Positions 41,464 through 55,492 of a stretch of DNA of 64,000 nt are shown in pieces. This DNA is from Hormiphora californensis (Eukaryota > Animalia > Ctenophora), in the NCBI GenBank assembly GCA_020137815.1, contig CM035356.1, forward strand, positions 7,626,001 to 7,690,000, in the 5' to 3' direction. A program made the translations under genes and the position numbers. Under the pieces are notes generated by a model. The model was not told the origin of the DNA and searched no databases. It saw nothing but the letters and a program-made list of their open reading frames with translations. Every line of letters begins with the position of its first letter. The first letter of the stretch is position 1.

Positions 41464-43025
41464 CAGGGTGTCCCATATATTCTGTGGGTCGGTTGGCGAG
41501 CTGTCACGCAAAAACGGTGATAGTTGTGTGAAAACAAACTACGGGAGTGTGCTGGATTAATTCCTTCCTAACTGATGGCTTTGTTTTTAAATTAAATTTC
41601 AAAAGTTCATTTTTCATGAATGAACATTCCTGTCATTCATTCGTGAATTCTGAAATATTGTTTACCTTGAGTAAAAAACTTTTCTTTGGCTCGAAATTAT
41701 CTTTCCAATGAGCACCATAAAAATCAAATTGAAGCACCGGATCGCATGGCAGGTGAGAAAATGCAAATGCATGATTTTGGCCATTCCTGCGACTTTCAAT
41801 CAGCTGTATCACCGCTACTTTCAGTTCAATCCTTTTAAAAGTTTGGGCGAACATTGGTGAAGATAAGATCTTTGCTCACAAGAAAAATCAAGGTCAAAAG
41901 TCAAAGTTCATTTTTCATTTTTGGTAGTTCATTCCACTCATTCAGGAACAAACATCCCTAAAGTGACGAAAAGGTTTGGGTTTTGTTTGGCTTATGTCCT
42001 GAAACGACAGAGAGGTGTAAAAACGTGTTTCCGGGCTAGTTAGTTGGTGTCCATGTGATCATTATGATATCTGACACCTTTGCTGAGCCATAATTAAGAG
42101 ATTTTCTCAAATTCAAACATGGGATACGAGTATTCTGCGATTGGTATCGTGCACCAATAACAAGAGATCCCATAGCACCTCAAAAATTATGATTAGCTAA
42201 ATGAAATGAGTTGATTCACGCTTGAAAATGTTCGTTTAGTCCGAATTTACATTGGTTTTAATCTTTTCAATCGTAAATCAACTCATTTTTAGCTAATCAT
42301 AATTTTTGAGGTGCTATGGGATCTCTTGTTATTGGTGCACGATACCAATCGCAGAATACTCGTATCCCATGTTTGAATTTGAGAAAATCTCTTAATTATG
42401 GCTCAGCAAAGGTGTCAGATATCATAATGATCACATGGACACCCACTAACTAGCCCGGAAACACGTTTTTACACCTCTCTGTCGTTTCAGGACATGGGCC
42501 AAACAAAACCCAAACCTTTTCGTCACTTTAGGGATGTTTGTTCCTGAATGAGTGGAATGAACTACCAAAACTGAAAAATGAACTTTGACTTTTGACCTTG
42601 ATTTTTCTTGTGAGCAAAGATCTTATCTTCACCAATGTTCACCCAAACTTTTAAAAGGATTGAACTGAAAGTAGCGGTGATACAGCTGATTGAAAGTCGC
42701 AGGAATGGCCAAAATCATGCATTTGCATTTTCTCACCTGCCATGCGATCCGGTGCTTCAATTTGATTTTTATGGTGCTCATTGGAAAGATAATTTCGAGC
42801 CAAAGAAAAGTTTTTTACTCAAGGTAAACAATATTTCAGAATTCACGAATGAATGACAGGAATGTTCATTCATGAAAAATGAACTTTTGAAATTTAATTT
42901 AAAAACAAAGCCATCAGTTAAGAAGGAATTAATCCAGCACACTCCCGTAGTTTGTTTTCACACAACTATCACCGTTTTTGCGTGACAGCTCGCCAACCGA
43001 CCCACAGAATATATGGGACACCCTG
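41464..43025. mobile_element. Near-perfect 1.56-kb palindromic Tc1/mariner-type MITE
   Basis: TA|CAGGGTGTCCCATATATTC... / ...GAATATATGGGACACCCTG|TA; ~765-bp arms with a ~35-bp spacer near 42230-42262. Confidence 0.92.
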
Positions 43026-43173
43026 TATATGATCGATTATGATCACCTCCCGATCATCTATTTGAAGCCAAAAACGTCTGTATATAAGTTTGGTGTTAAA
43101 CTAGCTACAGAACACAGAACTGTGGTCAGAGCATTGGCCTGACAGCTACAGAACATTATTCGGGTCTACTTAC

Positions 43174-43331
43174 ACTTCATCCACAGCCTTCTTCCACCGA
43201 TTCCGAACGGTTAGATCCACAATTCTCGGTCCTGGTGTTTCCGTTGAAACAAATATCTCCAGTTCTCGCTCCGCTTTTGTCTGTGGTGAGTCCTGCACCT
43301 CTGCCAACTCCCCATCTTCAGCAGCAGGCAT
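43174..43331 (-). CDS. Variable first coding exon, phase 2 (MPAAEDGELAEVQDSPQ...TVRNRWKKAVDEV)
   Basis: ATG 43331, 6 nt after an acceptor-like/in-frame TAG; 52 codons + 2 nt; donor GT|GTAAGT; not in the ORF track. Confidence 0.72.
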
Positions 43332-44369
43332 GTCGAGCTAGATTTGAACAGATATATAGATTCAAGATTCACAGATATAATATACTTTTGATATACAGAT
43401 AGGTGTTTATCAAACAAAATATGTAATAACAAAAAATATATAGTACGAAGTGTGTAACAAAGAGGAAAATGAAGACTTCAGACATCCGAAGACCGACAAA
43501 CTTGTCAGGGCAGTTGCCATTTAATAAACAACTTATTGACAAATGAGTAAAGCTGTAGAGAGGCCACCACAAAAACTGTGTTATTGCGTTGAATAACTAT
43601 AATAGGGGTGTTAGTTGTTACTCATTGAGTAATACTCAACACGCATCGCAACCGTGACGAGAATTCTAAAGAAGGTCCTATACTAGTTGAACTCAAACAA
43701 ACACCATGGGAGAAAATAGTGTAGTAGTTTGTTGGAATTCGTCCTTACGACAGATGGCTGTCAGTTGGCACCTTTTCCTGTTTTTATTGCCAGCTTCAAC
43801 TAGCTCTACCCTATGAAGTTATTCTAGTTCGGTACCAATTATCAATTCTGTGGAGGAGGATGACAGGACGTCGAAACGGCCAAGAAATAGCCTGCACAAG
43901 CATTCAATAATATTGTATACCGGAAACGCCTGACTGAAACACTGAAACAAGTATAAATTCCAAACAAAGTGGTGAAACCAAAAAGTGGAATTTCTAATTC
44001 AGATCGATATGTATGCAGAAGCCACTATTGATCACAATTGATACGCCTGATTTCAAAAGAACGGATGCATCCTCTGTATATTATTTTAGATCAAATAGTA
44101 GCAATCATTACATGCTTGAGGCATCTTACGCTACAGTTTCATTCTCTCTCTTTCTCCCCCACTCATGCTCTCTTTCTCTCCCCTCTTCCTATATCTATAG
44201 CTCCGATAATCAAGAGGCCGGACAGGATTTGAGGGTTGCATGGTGACACGCGATCACTCCATGGGGTACCTCAGAATATACTACTAGAGGCCCTGCATGT
44301 TATCAGTTGCAGCACATCATGTAGACGAATTCAGAGATAAATTACGCGAAATCATCCACGAGAAGTAGT

Positions 44370-44424
<55 letters not shown>

Positions 44425-45787
44425 GGAGAGAGAGAGAGAGAGAGATCCATATCAAAGAGGGACAGAAATGAGAATCAGATAAATCAACCCACGTCACCTG
44501 ATATATCAGCTACCAATATCTAGTTATGATTAGCAAATGTTATACACATCTGCATCATGGAGACTACATAGTGATATGAAAGTTATCATAGACTTGATGG
44601 GAAGCCTCTGGAGAGATGGGGAGAGAGAGCTGCTTAAGAAAGAGGACCCTCGAGGGAGAAGGAGAGAAGGATAGCGGATTTAGAAAGAGAGACTTGGGGA
44701 GTCAGAGAGGCTTCAGAAAGAGGGAGAGAGTCTATGGGAAGAAGGAGGGAGGAAAGATACGAAGGGATAGGACTGTTCACCGGACGCTGTGTTGATAGGT
44801 TTTCCTGAGCTGGACTTCTAAGCAGGGAAAGCAAACAGGAACTAGTGAACTACATTAAATGATATGCTAGTGCTCTCTAAGTCCATTTTAATGATATATT
44901 GTTCTTCTCTCCAGTATAATATGTACAGTTATTAGTGCGAGTCAGTACGTGCAGTAATGAATTAATAACAGTAGCTGGAACTGCTTTCCACAGATCTGTG
45001 CAACTCGTACACCGGTCCTGTACTTACAAAACTTATGAAAATAACAGACAACTCTTATGAAAATTACAAACAGTAAGATGCTAGATGACCAATTAAATTT
45101 GTTGAAAGAATGGCATTTTCCACGGCTTTGAGAGACCAACTGTTTGAAGCTGCAATAACAAAATCTAACAACAATAATATATGCTTATTAATATCGCTCA
45201 CATATTCCACATAATGGAATAGTAGCAGCACAGATTGCATTTCCTGTTTGTCCAGTATTAGGACCAAATGAAACAAAAGAAGAGACTAGCAAATGAAATG
45301 GAACCTAAAAGTGAAAGTTGTACCTACTGATCGCACACAAGAAGTTCTTCCCCGTTGTAGGGGAGAGCACATGTCGTCTTCGCAGTTAAAAAGCTGAACT
45401 GTCATTCTGTTGTCTGTTTACTACAGGTCTGACAAGAACCACACAGTTGACAGTCGTACTTGAATTGCTCATACTTTTTTAAAAAACATGTGTTCCGTGC
45501 GAAGCGCAGTGTCAGAGACTCAGTCGTACAACACAAGTATGTCTGTCTGATGTATAAATTTTTGTACAATAGGTAGTAGGTACCCCACCCGCCCTGTTGC
45601 AAAGAACAACGACCCGCCGGGACCATGACTCAACAAAAATTTCTGTCCCTGGCTCTCCTTTAGAATTAGCTAAATCAACCCACGTCATCTGAGAGCATAT
45701 CAGCTGCCGATATAAATATCTAGTTATACCCCCGCCAACATCCACAGCCCCCCCCCCTAACCCCCGAATCCAACAATTAGCACATAC

Positions 45788-45967
45788 TTAATTGCTGCTC
45801 TGATCCACGCATCTTTAGTGTTTATCGGTAGTTTCCTAGCAACTGGTTTGGTAGCTGATGCTGCTGGTGACGGAGCTGTTGTTGTTCCTTCTGGTTCTGT
45901 TGTTGTTCCTTCTGGTTGAATTGTTATCACTGCAGCAGTACTGGATTCCTCTATCGTATTGAGGGTA
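45788..45967 (-). CDS. Variable coding exon, phase 2-2 (TLNTIEESS...PEGTTT x2...TKDAWIRAAIK)
   Basis: Acceptor CCCCTATCCTCAG|T; 180 nt open; donor AA|GTATGT; likely exon 2 of the 46654 start exon. Confidence 0.68.
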
Positions 45968-46414
45968 CTGAGGATAGGGGTGCAGAAGGGGTTAAAGACG
46001 TTCTTTCTTCAAGTTTCTTGAGGGTTTTTAGTGGAGTTGTATTATACATGTGATAAAAAAATACACAGTTTATTATGTGACTTGGCATCTCTCTCTAGAC
46101 CACTCCCATGTACATGGCGTTATACACATGAGAGGATAATTTTCAATTCGAAAATAATCGATTTGCTCATAGCCACATACTGCAATAATCTGGCAATGAA
46201 GCTGCTTTTCAAGATGGTCAGATTTTGAATAAAATATTGTACATGACGTGTCGACCATTAAAATAGCTTGGTAACGAAATAAACCCTTCCTTGCCAGCGC
46301 GATACCATTCAAATAGCACCCAAAAACATGTACATACATGACGTGACGACCATTCAAATAGCGTGCACTCATCCCCAACACCAACCCCAACCATCGTGCA
46401 CCCATCTACTCACA

Positions 46415-46492
46415 TGGGTAACGAAATTACCCCTAATGCATCACGTTTTAGCATCTCCGCAGTCCGCAAGGTAGGGGTAATTTCGTTACCCA
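46415..46492. repeat. Inverted repeat with 21-bp arms, related to the 30482-30498 terminus
   Basis: TGGGTAACGAAATTACCCCTA ... TAGGGGTAATTTCGTTACCCA. Confidence 0.85.
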
Positions 46493-46505
46493 GCTCTGCA
46501 CTTAC

Positions 46506-46654
46506 CTTGGGTTCCTCCGCGGCGAGGGAGATCGTTTTGGGGCAGGTTTGATTTCCAGGGGCACGGGTGTACTTTCCACGATAATGGGTGATGTTGCTTT
46601 TATACTGTTTTCTACCAGGGGCGAGATAAATACTGTTCCTGTACTACCGTTCAT
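46506..46654 (-). CDS. Variable first coding exon, phase 2 (MNGSTGTVFISPLVE...PKRSPSPRRNP)
   Basis: ATG 46654; 49 codons + 2 nt; donor AG|GTAAGT; acceptor-like CCTCTTGCAG ~21 nt upstream. Confidence 0.68.
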
Positions 46655-47373
46655 ATCTTGAATTCATGTTCTTCACTGCAAGAGGGGGGAATTCGTTAAA
46701 AGATGGAATATTTTGAGGTTGTAAATGAGTTTGCAATTTTGCAAACTCACATACGAGGTCAATTATGGGCCACCAGGGTAGGGATGGGGGTTGAAAAGCA
46801 AGCAGGGACAAACAAAGTGGACACATGGACTAAGAAAACAACCCAGAGGCCAAAATAAAAACACGTGAGAGGGCTGAAAAATGTCAAGAATTAGGAGTAG
46901 CGGGACTGAGGAAAAACAAACATGGAGTCGAGTAGAAGTACGAATAGAATTTAAACGAGCTATCGAGACACAAAATCGCCCAAACTAATGCCAATATGTA
47001 TGCGGTTACACGTTAATAGTTAACCAAGGAATGCAAATTATAGTAATTTAAATTAGTACTCAATAGTAATTCAATTGGCTCCGGAATTCGCAAGGAGCTT
47101 TTCAAGACCTGAGAAAAAATCAAATTGTTTATAATTATGCAGAATTCGCACCGTCGCGTTAAATAGCTACTCAGAAACGAATTGTGTTAAACAGGAACTC
47201 TACAGAGTGCGATTCAGATTGTTTTTATTTTCACCGCGTGAATAGTAGAGAGAAACTTATATTACAGAGAAAATGAGGGAAAGAGAGGGAAAGAGAGAGA
47301 AAAGGAGGGAGAGAAGGGAAGGATGGATAGAGAGGGAAAGAGAGAGAGAAAGAGATAGAAAAAGGAGAGAGAT

Positions 47374-47458
<85 letters not shown>

Positions 47459-48079
47459 ATAGAGATGAAAAGTAACGCCACATAAAACATGGATAAAAAA
47501 CATATTTTGCTCTCTCAACGTGCACAATTCATCACATGATAAAGGGTCAAATTTAGTTCATTCTGGCTCTGATCCTCGCTGCTCTTTCTCGTCTTTTCTC
47601 TATTTCTCTATCATTTCGACAATCAATAATCTTTAGTTTTCGCTTGAAAATCAAAATGGAAGCAAACGTAAAAGGCAATGACTGTAGAAAATGAAATGTA
47701 CTTCGAAATACAAAGCGTAAAACACGTCTGATAGACTCGAAGGAGGAGTTGCTGGACGAAAAAGACAGAAATTATAATGAATGGTTATTATGAGGGAGGG
47801 GGAGCCACAAAAAGCAACACATACTGACAGGAGTGCTGACAACAGAGAGAGGAATTGGAATTTGGGGGAGGCCTACTACAGAGTTCCCAGTGCTGTCAGA
47901 GCATTGGCATGTCAGTCCCAGCAGTGGGAAAAACCCGGGCCTCTCCCTAATTCCAATATTCCCACGTGCTAAACAAACTCAGAAAGAGAAAGACAGAGAA
48001 CAAATCTACTCTTTCTCTGAAATGTTCCGGAGTGAGACAGGGTCGAGGAAGGCAAAATATTCCGTCCCTTGTTGTCCAA

Positions 48080-48616
48080 GGGCCTTTCTTAACGAGCTGC
48101 ACCCTGCAATTGCACCCTGCAATTGCACCCTGCAATTGCACCCTACAAACTTCTTTCTTAACGAGAGTTTGCACCCTGCAATTGCACCCTGCAATTGCAC
48201 CCTGCAAACCTTCGTTAAGAAAGAAAGTTGTAGGGTGCAATTGCATGCTTCACACGTGACCCAGTCACGTGCCATGTTGATGTGGTAATGCTGTGTGTAT
48301 CAATGCCAATAGGTGATGATAAACAATGCCCCGTAAACCGGGTTTCATGTTTCACTACCCCTCAACTTCCCACGTTCATTGCGCACGTGACTGGGTCACG
48401 TGTAAAGGGTGCAATTGCACCCTACAAGAACCTTTCTTAACGAGAGTTGTAGGGTGCAATTGTAGGGTGCAATTGCAGGGTGTAATAGGTCCTCCTGTTA
48501 CACCCCTACAGGGTGCAAAGACCTTTCTTAACGAGACAGAAAGTGGATTGCACCCTGCAATTGCAGGGTGCAATTGCAGGGTGCAATTGTAGTTTTTGTC
48601 TCGTTAAGAAAGGCCC
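48080..48616. mobile_element. PIF/Harbinger-like MITE with internal 14-15-bp subrepeats
   Basis: TIR GGGCCTTTCTTAACGAG / CTCGTTAAGAAAGGCCC flanked by CAA on both sides (or CCAAG with a 1-bp shorter TIR); arrays of TGCACCCTGCAAT in both orientations. Confidence 0.75.
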
Positions 48617-49888
48617 CAAGAAGACTCCGAGAAATGACACCTTGCGAAACGAAGACACGATGGAATTCTTCATGGAATTAACGCGGTTATATATTTTACT
48701 AGACCATGATAATGGGAATAATGCAGAAACTTCATAAATTCAGTAGGAATATCACGGGAACTAGGAAGTTTACCGGATCACGAGCTTGTTTTTTCAGCGT
48801 GGTAATTAGATAATAGTCACGGGGCAGAGACAGGGGCAGCTCCAAGAACATGATAGTCTGGTGTGTGTATAGCCTAGCTGCTAGTGGGAGGTCGGATTCG
48901 ACTGCATCATCATGCATGATAGGAATAAGGTCCTCGGAATGGGCAACGATCGGTGCAGATACTGGTTTAGGGTGAGTTGGTCATCATAATAATGGCCACT
49001 GAAAGCTTGTCTACTAATCTTATCAGCGATGATCAGTGTATTTATAGAGTCTAAATATATACCTCAAACTGTTACGTGCAACTGATGTAGAACTTCAATC
49101 AACAAGGACAAGTGTTTTATAACTACCACAAGAGGGATGGTGAGAGTGAGTGAGTGAGGGAGAGTGAGTGAGGGAGAAGGGGAGAGAGAGAGAGATGAAT
49201 ATCAAAGGACCGACAACTCCTTCACAAATCATGCTGTGGAACTATTGGTAGATAAGAGTATGAAGCATGATGAAAAAAATATGCTGTATAGATGGTAAAT
49301 GATAAAGATAGTTGTAAAATGAGAGAAATATAGACGGAAAAAGAGAGAAAGATAGTCGGAAAAAGATAGACAGAAAAAGAGAGAAAGATAGACGGGCAGA
49401 AAGATGGTCAAAAGGACGAATAGTACGAAATCACGTCAAGCAAAGGTGTACACAGATCGTAGTGTGTGTAAAATATACAAAAATCAGAGACATCTACTAG
49501 TTTTTTCTTCCTCCCCCTCTATTCTATCTCTCTATCTCTATTTCTCTATCTTTTTTCAACATAACGAGCAGATCAGCAAGCAACAACAAAGCACACTTGA
49601 CAGATGCATCTGTATATTTGATACACACACAAACAGCATGAAAAGAACGTCGACTAAATAATATGTAGTCGACGTTCTTTTTATACAAGAAGCATTATTT
49701 TCATGCCAAACACAATTTATGACATGAGATGGGTATATTTTTAAGACATCTCCTAAAAATCGAATCTTGGCATTCCTCGAATAGTGGGTAGTGGCCCAAA
49801 TGACGTACTGTAACATCTACTGCTGTGCAATTTCCCTGCACTTACACAATGGGTATCTGTGAAGAGTATCTAGCACCAATTGATGAGT

Positions 49889-49987
<99 letters not shown>

Positions 49988-50144
49988 CTCGCTCTATCGC
50001 TCTTCTCTCTCTCGCTCGCGCTCTCTCTCTGCTACTCTCATCTCTCTCTATCTCTCTCTCGCTTCTCGCTCTCTCTTGTCGTCTCTTTCTTCTCTATCTC
50101 GACCTCTAGCTGGAGAGACGCTAGAGTAAGTAGATAAAGTAGTA

Positions 50145-53100
50145 CCCGTGCTGTCACACAACACAAAAAGTGGGGTACACAAATATTAGAGGGTTTTTTA
50201 CCTCAACATTTAGTTATGCGGAATATTTATGATCATAATGATCGAAATGATCAAAATGATTATAATCAAAATGATCACAATGATCAAAATGATCAAAATG
50301 ATCGAAATGATCGAAATGATCGAAATGATTCTGACAGCCAACGTGCATGCGTGGGCGACCAAATAACCTGCATTGTGGGTTTAATTTTCTCGATCGGCAG
50401 ATTCTGCTCTGACCAGCCAAACGTACCATGCGTGGGTGACTAAATAAACTGCATGTGTGAGTTTAACTCACCCAATACCCGCTCCACCGGGTAACATGGT
50501 GGGGGCGAATGAGTCTGCTGCATATGCAGCACATGTGGTACATGCAGCATATCAAAGACCTCCCCCAACGGGGGAGGTCATTGTGAGCATGAAATCCGGA
50601 TTAATTGATTGAAATCTGGATTAATTGATTCATATGATTCATATGATTTGCGTGAAATCATATGAATCATATGGATCATATGAAAGTAAAACACGGGCGT
50701 CATCTCAAGTTTGTACTATGTGTATAACTGCACCTAACTATACCTCGTTTTATATCAAAGTGTCTAAGTGTAATAAGTGAAACATGGGAAATATACAGGT
50801 CACTTGAAATTTCAATGTGTGTATGAAATCCGGATTAATTAATTGAAATCCGGATTAATTGATTCATATGATTCATATGATTTGCGTGAAATAATATGAA
50901 GCATATGGATCATATAAAAATAAAAAAAAAGGTTTTTTAAAAGATATGGACAAACTGTGGGATATCATAGATCATAATGATCAAAATGATGAACAAAATG
51001 ATCGAAATGATCAAAATGATCAAAATGTTGATCAAAAATAACGATTAAAATGATCAAAAATGATGGCCATTAAAATCAAAATGATCAAAAATGATGATCA
51101 TAATGATCAAAATGATCAAAAATGTTGGTCATTAAAGTCAAAATGATCAAAAATGATGGTCATTAAAATCATTATGATCAAAATGATCAAAATTATGATC
51201 AAAATGATCAAGAATGGTGATCAAAATGATCGAAATGATCAAAAATCCGGATTATTTTGATATATATTATTATATATATTATGTCGTGAAATCATATGAA
51301 ATCATATGAATCATATGGATCATATGAAAGTAAAAAGATATGACAACTCTTGGATCAAAAATGATCAAAATGATCTGAATAATGATTAAAATGATCAAAA
51401 ATAATGATCATAATGATCAAAAATAATGATAATAATGATCATAATGATCAAAAATAATGATAATAATGATCAAAATGATCAAAAATGTTGGTCATTAAAG
51501 TCAAAATGATGATCAAAATGATCAAAAATGATGGTCATTAAAATCATAATGATCAAAATGATCAAAATGATCAAAAATAATGATCAAAATATTGATCAAA
51601 AATAATGATAATAATGATCAAAATGATCAAAAATGTTGGTCATTAAAGTCAAAATGATGATCAAAATGATCAAAAATGATGGTCATTAAAATCATAATGA
51701 TCAAAATGATTAAAATGATCAAAAATAATGATAATAATGATCAAAATAATCATAGTTATCATAATACAGTCGGACCCCGATTTAGGGACACCCTCGGGGG
51801 AAAGGCTCTTGTCCACTAAATCGGGGTGTCCACTAAATCGGGGTCAAATAAGGTTAATTTCCTATATCGGGGGAAAAAAATCCTGTCCCTAAATCGGGGT
51901 GCCACTAAATCGGGGGGCCCTAAATCGGGGTCCGACTGTATTATGATAACTATGATTATTTTGATCATTATTATCATTATTTTTGATCATTTTAATCATT
52001 TTGATCATTATGATTTTAATGACCATCATTTTTGATCATTTTGATCATCATTTTGACTTTAATGACCAACATTTTTGATCATTTTGATCATTATTATCAT
52101 TATTTTTGATCAATATTTTGATCATTATTTTTGATCATTTTGATCATTTTGATCATTATGATTTAATGACCATCATTTTTGATCATTTTGATCATCATTT
52201 TGACTTTAATGACCAACATTTTTGATCATTTTGATCATTATTATCATTATTTTTGATCATTATGATCATTATTATCATTATTTTTGATCATTATGATCAT
52301 TATTTTGATCATTTTAATCATTATTCAGATCATTTTGATCATTTTTGATCCAAGAGTTGTCATATCTTTTTACTTTCATATGATCCATATGATTCATATG
52401 ATTTCATATGATTTCACGACATAATATATATAATAATATATATCAAAAATAATCCGGATTTTTGATCATTTCGATCATTTTGATCACCATTCTTGATCAT
52501 TTTGATCATAATTTTGATCATTTTGATCATAATGATTTTAATGACCATCATTTTGATCATTTTGACTTTAATGACCAACATTTTTGATCATTTTGATCAT
52601 TATGATCATCATTTTTGATCATTTTGATTTTAATGGCCATCATTTTTGATCATTTTAATCATTATTTTTGATCAACATTTTGATCATTTTGATCATTTCG
52701 ATCATTTTGTTCATCATTTTGATCATTATGATCTATGATATCCCACAGTTTGTCCATATCTTTTAAAAAACCTTTTTTTTATTTTTATATGATCCATATG
52801 CTTCATATTATTTCACGCAAATCATATGAATCATATGAATCAATTAATCCGGATTTCAATTAATTAATCCGGATTTCATACACACATTGAAATTTCAAGT
52901 GACCTGTATATTTCCCATGTTTCACTTATTACACTTAGACACTTTGATATAAAACGAGGTATAGTTAGGTGCAGTTATACACATAGTACAAACTTGAGAT
53001 GACGCCCGTGTTTTACTTTCATATGATCCATATGATTCATATGATTTCACGCAAATCATATGAATCATATGAATCAATTAATCCAGATTTCAATCAATTA

Positions 53101-53549
53101 ATCCGGATTTCATGCTCACAATGACCTCCCCCGTTGGGGGAGGTCTTTGAATCTGCTGCATGTACCACATGTGCTGCATATGCAGCAGACTCATTCGCCC
53201 CACCATGTTACCCGGTGGAGCGGGTATTGGGTTGAGTTAAACTCACACATGCAGTTTAATTAGTCACCCACGCATGTACGTTTGGCTGTCAGAGCAGAAT
53301 CTGCCGATCGAGAAAATTAAACCCACACATGCAGGTTATTTGGTCGCCCACGCATGCACGTTTGGCTGTCAGAATCATTTCGATCATTTCGATCATTTCG
53401 ATAATTTTGATCATTTTGATCATTGTGATCATTTTGATTATAATCATTTTGATCATTTCGATCATTATGATCATAAATATTCCGCATAACTAAATGTTGA
53501 GGTAAAAACCCTCAATATTTGTGTACCCCACTTTTTGGTGTGACAGCGG
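50145..53549. mobile_element. 3.4-kb palindrome / foldback element with AATGATCAA-type 9-bp satellite arms
   Basis: Arms 50145-51766 and 51939-53549 are reverse complements apart from small indels; ends (C)CGCTGTCACAC / GTGTGACAGCGG|TA. Confidence 0.8.
51767..51938. mobile_element. 172-bp MITE of family A at the palindrome centre
   Basis: TA|CAGTCGGACCCCGATTTAG...CTAAATCGGGGTCCGACTG|TA; same TIR and subrepeats as 2071-3090. Confidence 0.9.
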
Positions 53550-53567
53550 TACTACTTTATCTACTAC

Positions 53568-53741
<174 letters not shown>

Positions 53742-55432
53742 AAATACATTGGAGATATACAAGGATGTGTGGGGGTGAAGTTGATTAGCCAACATCTACT
53801 TGTTGCTTGAAGGACACCCATGTGTATTTATAGTCCCCGGCCTCCCTTTCGGTAATCAGATGTGTCAGATAATACTCTGACGCAATGAACCAAGAATTGC
53901 ATTGAGGGTAATGCAGGGGGGGGGGAGATAGACAGTTGAGATGAGAAAGATAGAGAGAGGGAGATAGAGATAAAGGGGTACAGAGACAGAGAGATTATTT
54001 AGCTGTTTTTGGTAAACGATATTGTTCACAAATCGTAGTATGTGATCCCATCAGAAGAATATCTGGGTGTAGCTAAATGGCTTCAAAGTTGAAGGGTATA
54101 ATGTCTAAAGAATTGAGGAAGTGAGTGAGCACAAACTATTCTGATTAAATAATATTTGAAAATATTTAACAAAAAGAGAGGCTGATATAGATTGCATCTT
54201 GCTAGTGCTAATTTCTAAATACAACAGTTTAAAGACTTTCATCTATAGCGACTATAATATCATGAATATACCCCATTCAAGTGATAGAGATCGTTTGAAA
54301 ACTTACAAAATTTATAATTACGTCAATCACAACAACTTGCTTGATAGATCATATTATTTAAACACACAAAGGAGAGAAAATGGTGGTATCCGAGAGATAA
54401 AAAAGGAAGGAAAAGGAAAACATATATATATATATTTAAAAAGAAATAATTAGATATATCCAGTGTTTCATGTTTGTGATTAAAATGAGAGCCATATATA
54501 TATATATATTATATAACAACACGTGTACGTGTTAATAGGATCACAAAAACCAAGCAAGTTGTAAGAATTGTGATTGCAAACCAGTAAAAAATATATATTT
54601 CCATGTCATAAATATTGGTAAAACCGCGGAAGGTCGATCTGATGAATGACGATTTGTACACAAGCAATGATGTAAATTGGGACGAAGCTAATTACTATAT
54701 AATCAGTTAATTACATTGGGAAATGAGTTTTGATCGAACAAACTAAATTAGATTCAGAAGATGTCATCATTGAATAATGAATTATCATGCAGCGAGTTTC
54801 CGAAGTCCGAACAAATAATCATTGAATAAGGATCGACTGATGGTTTATTAGCCGCATATCAAAGAGGAAGTTTAGTTTTCTCGTTCCGGCTGGAGAAAAC
54901 TTCTCACACTTTCTCACGGATAATCATTTATGCATTAATCAAATAGGTCTACTAAATAGAAATTATCTTACTATAACTAGTTGCTGCAAGTTACAAAACA
55001 CATCGCTTCTGTTTTTACTGTAACCAATCACTTGTAAATTGTAATGCAACAAATCTTCAAACGCAGACTGTAGTCAGGTACTATTTCTTTATCATAACTA
55101 CTTTACTAGACGCGGGAGGGAGAATTATTGCCTTTACAAATGTAAAAGAGGGTCAAAACATAACAAGGAGAATCATTGCCTTCAAAGGATTGATTTATTT
55201 TCATTAAGAGTCAAGATGAGCCAATGTTTAGAGCTGCAATGTTTAGAAAAGGAAGGAATGCCGCCCCTCCTGGTCAGAAAGGATGATTTCTAGCTTGCAA
55301 TTCACATGCAACGAATAAACGCAATTTCTTCTAGTGGCCCCGCTCTCGAGGGGGGAAGGACAAAGCACCTGACTAATAACCGTCCGTCGAGCAAATGATA
55401 CAATGACGCGTACTACATCTTACTCTCTGTCT

Positions 55433-55492
<60 letters not shown>

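Noticed and set aside
41633-42856. Duplicated 73-aa ORFs on opposite strands
   Set aside because: Mirror images in the MITE arms; not protein-like
45831-45843. GTTTCCTAGCAAC as an RFX site
   Set aside because: Falls inside the candidate coding exon 45788-45967 (PVARKL); not counted
47833-48737. Cys-rich CNCTLQ ORFs
   Set aside because: Arise from TGCACCCTGCAAT subrepeats of the MITE
50216-53489. NDQNDR / DHFDHF repeat proteins; CRISPR-like regularity
   Set aside because: Translations of a 9-bp satellite; no unique spacers or cas genes; eukaryotic context
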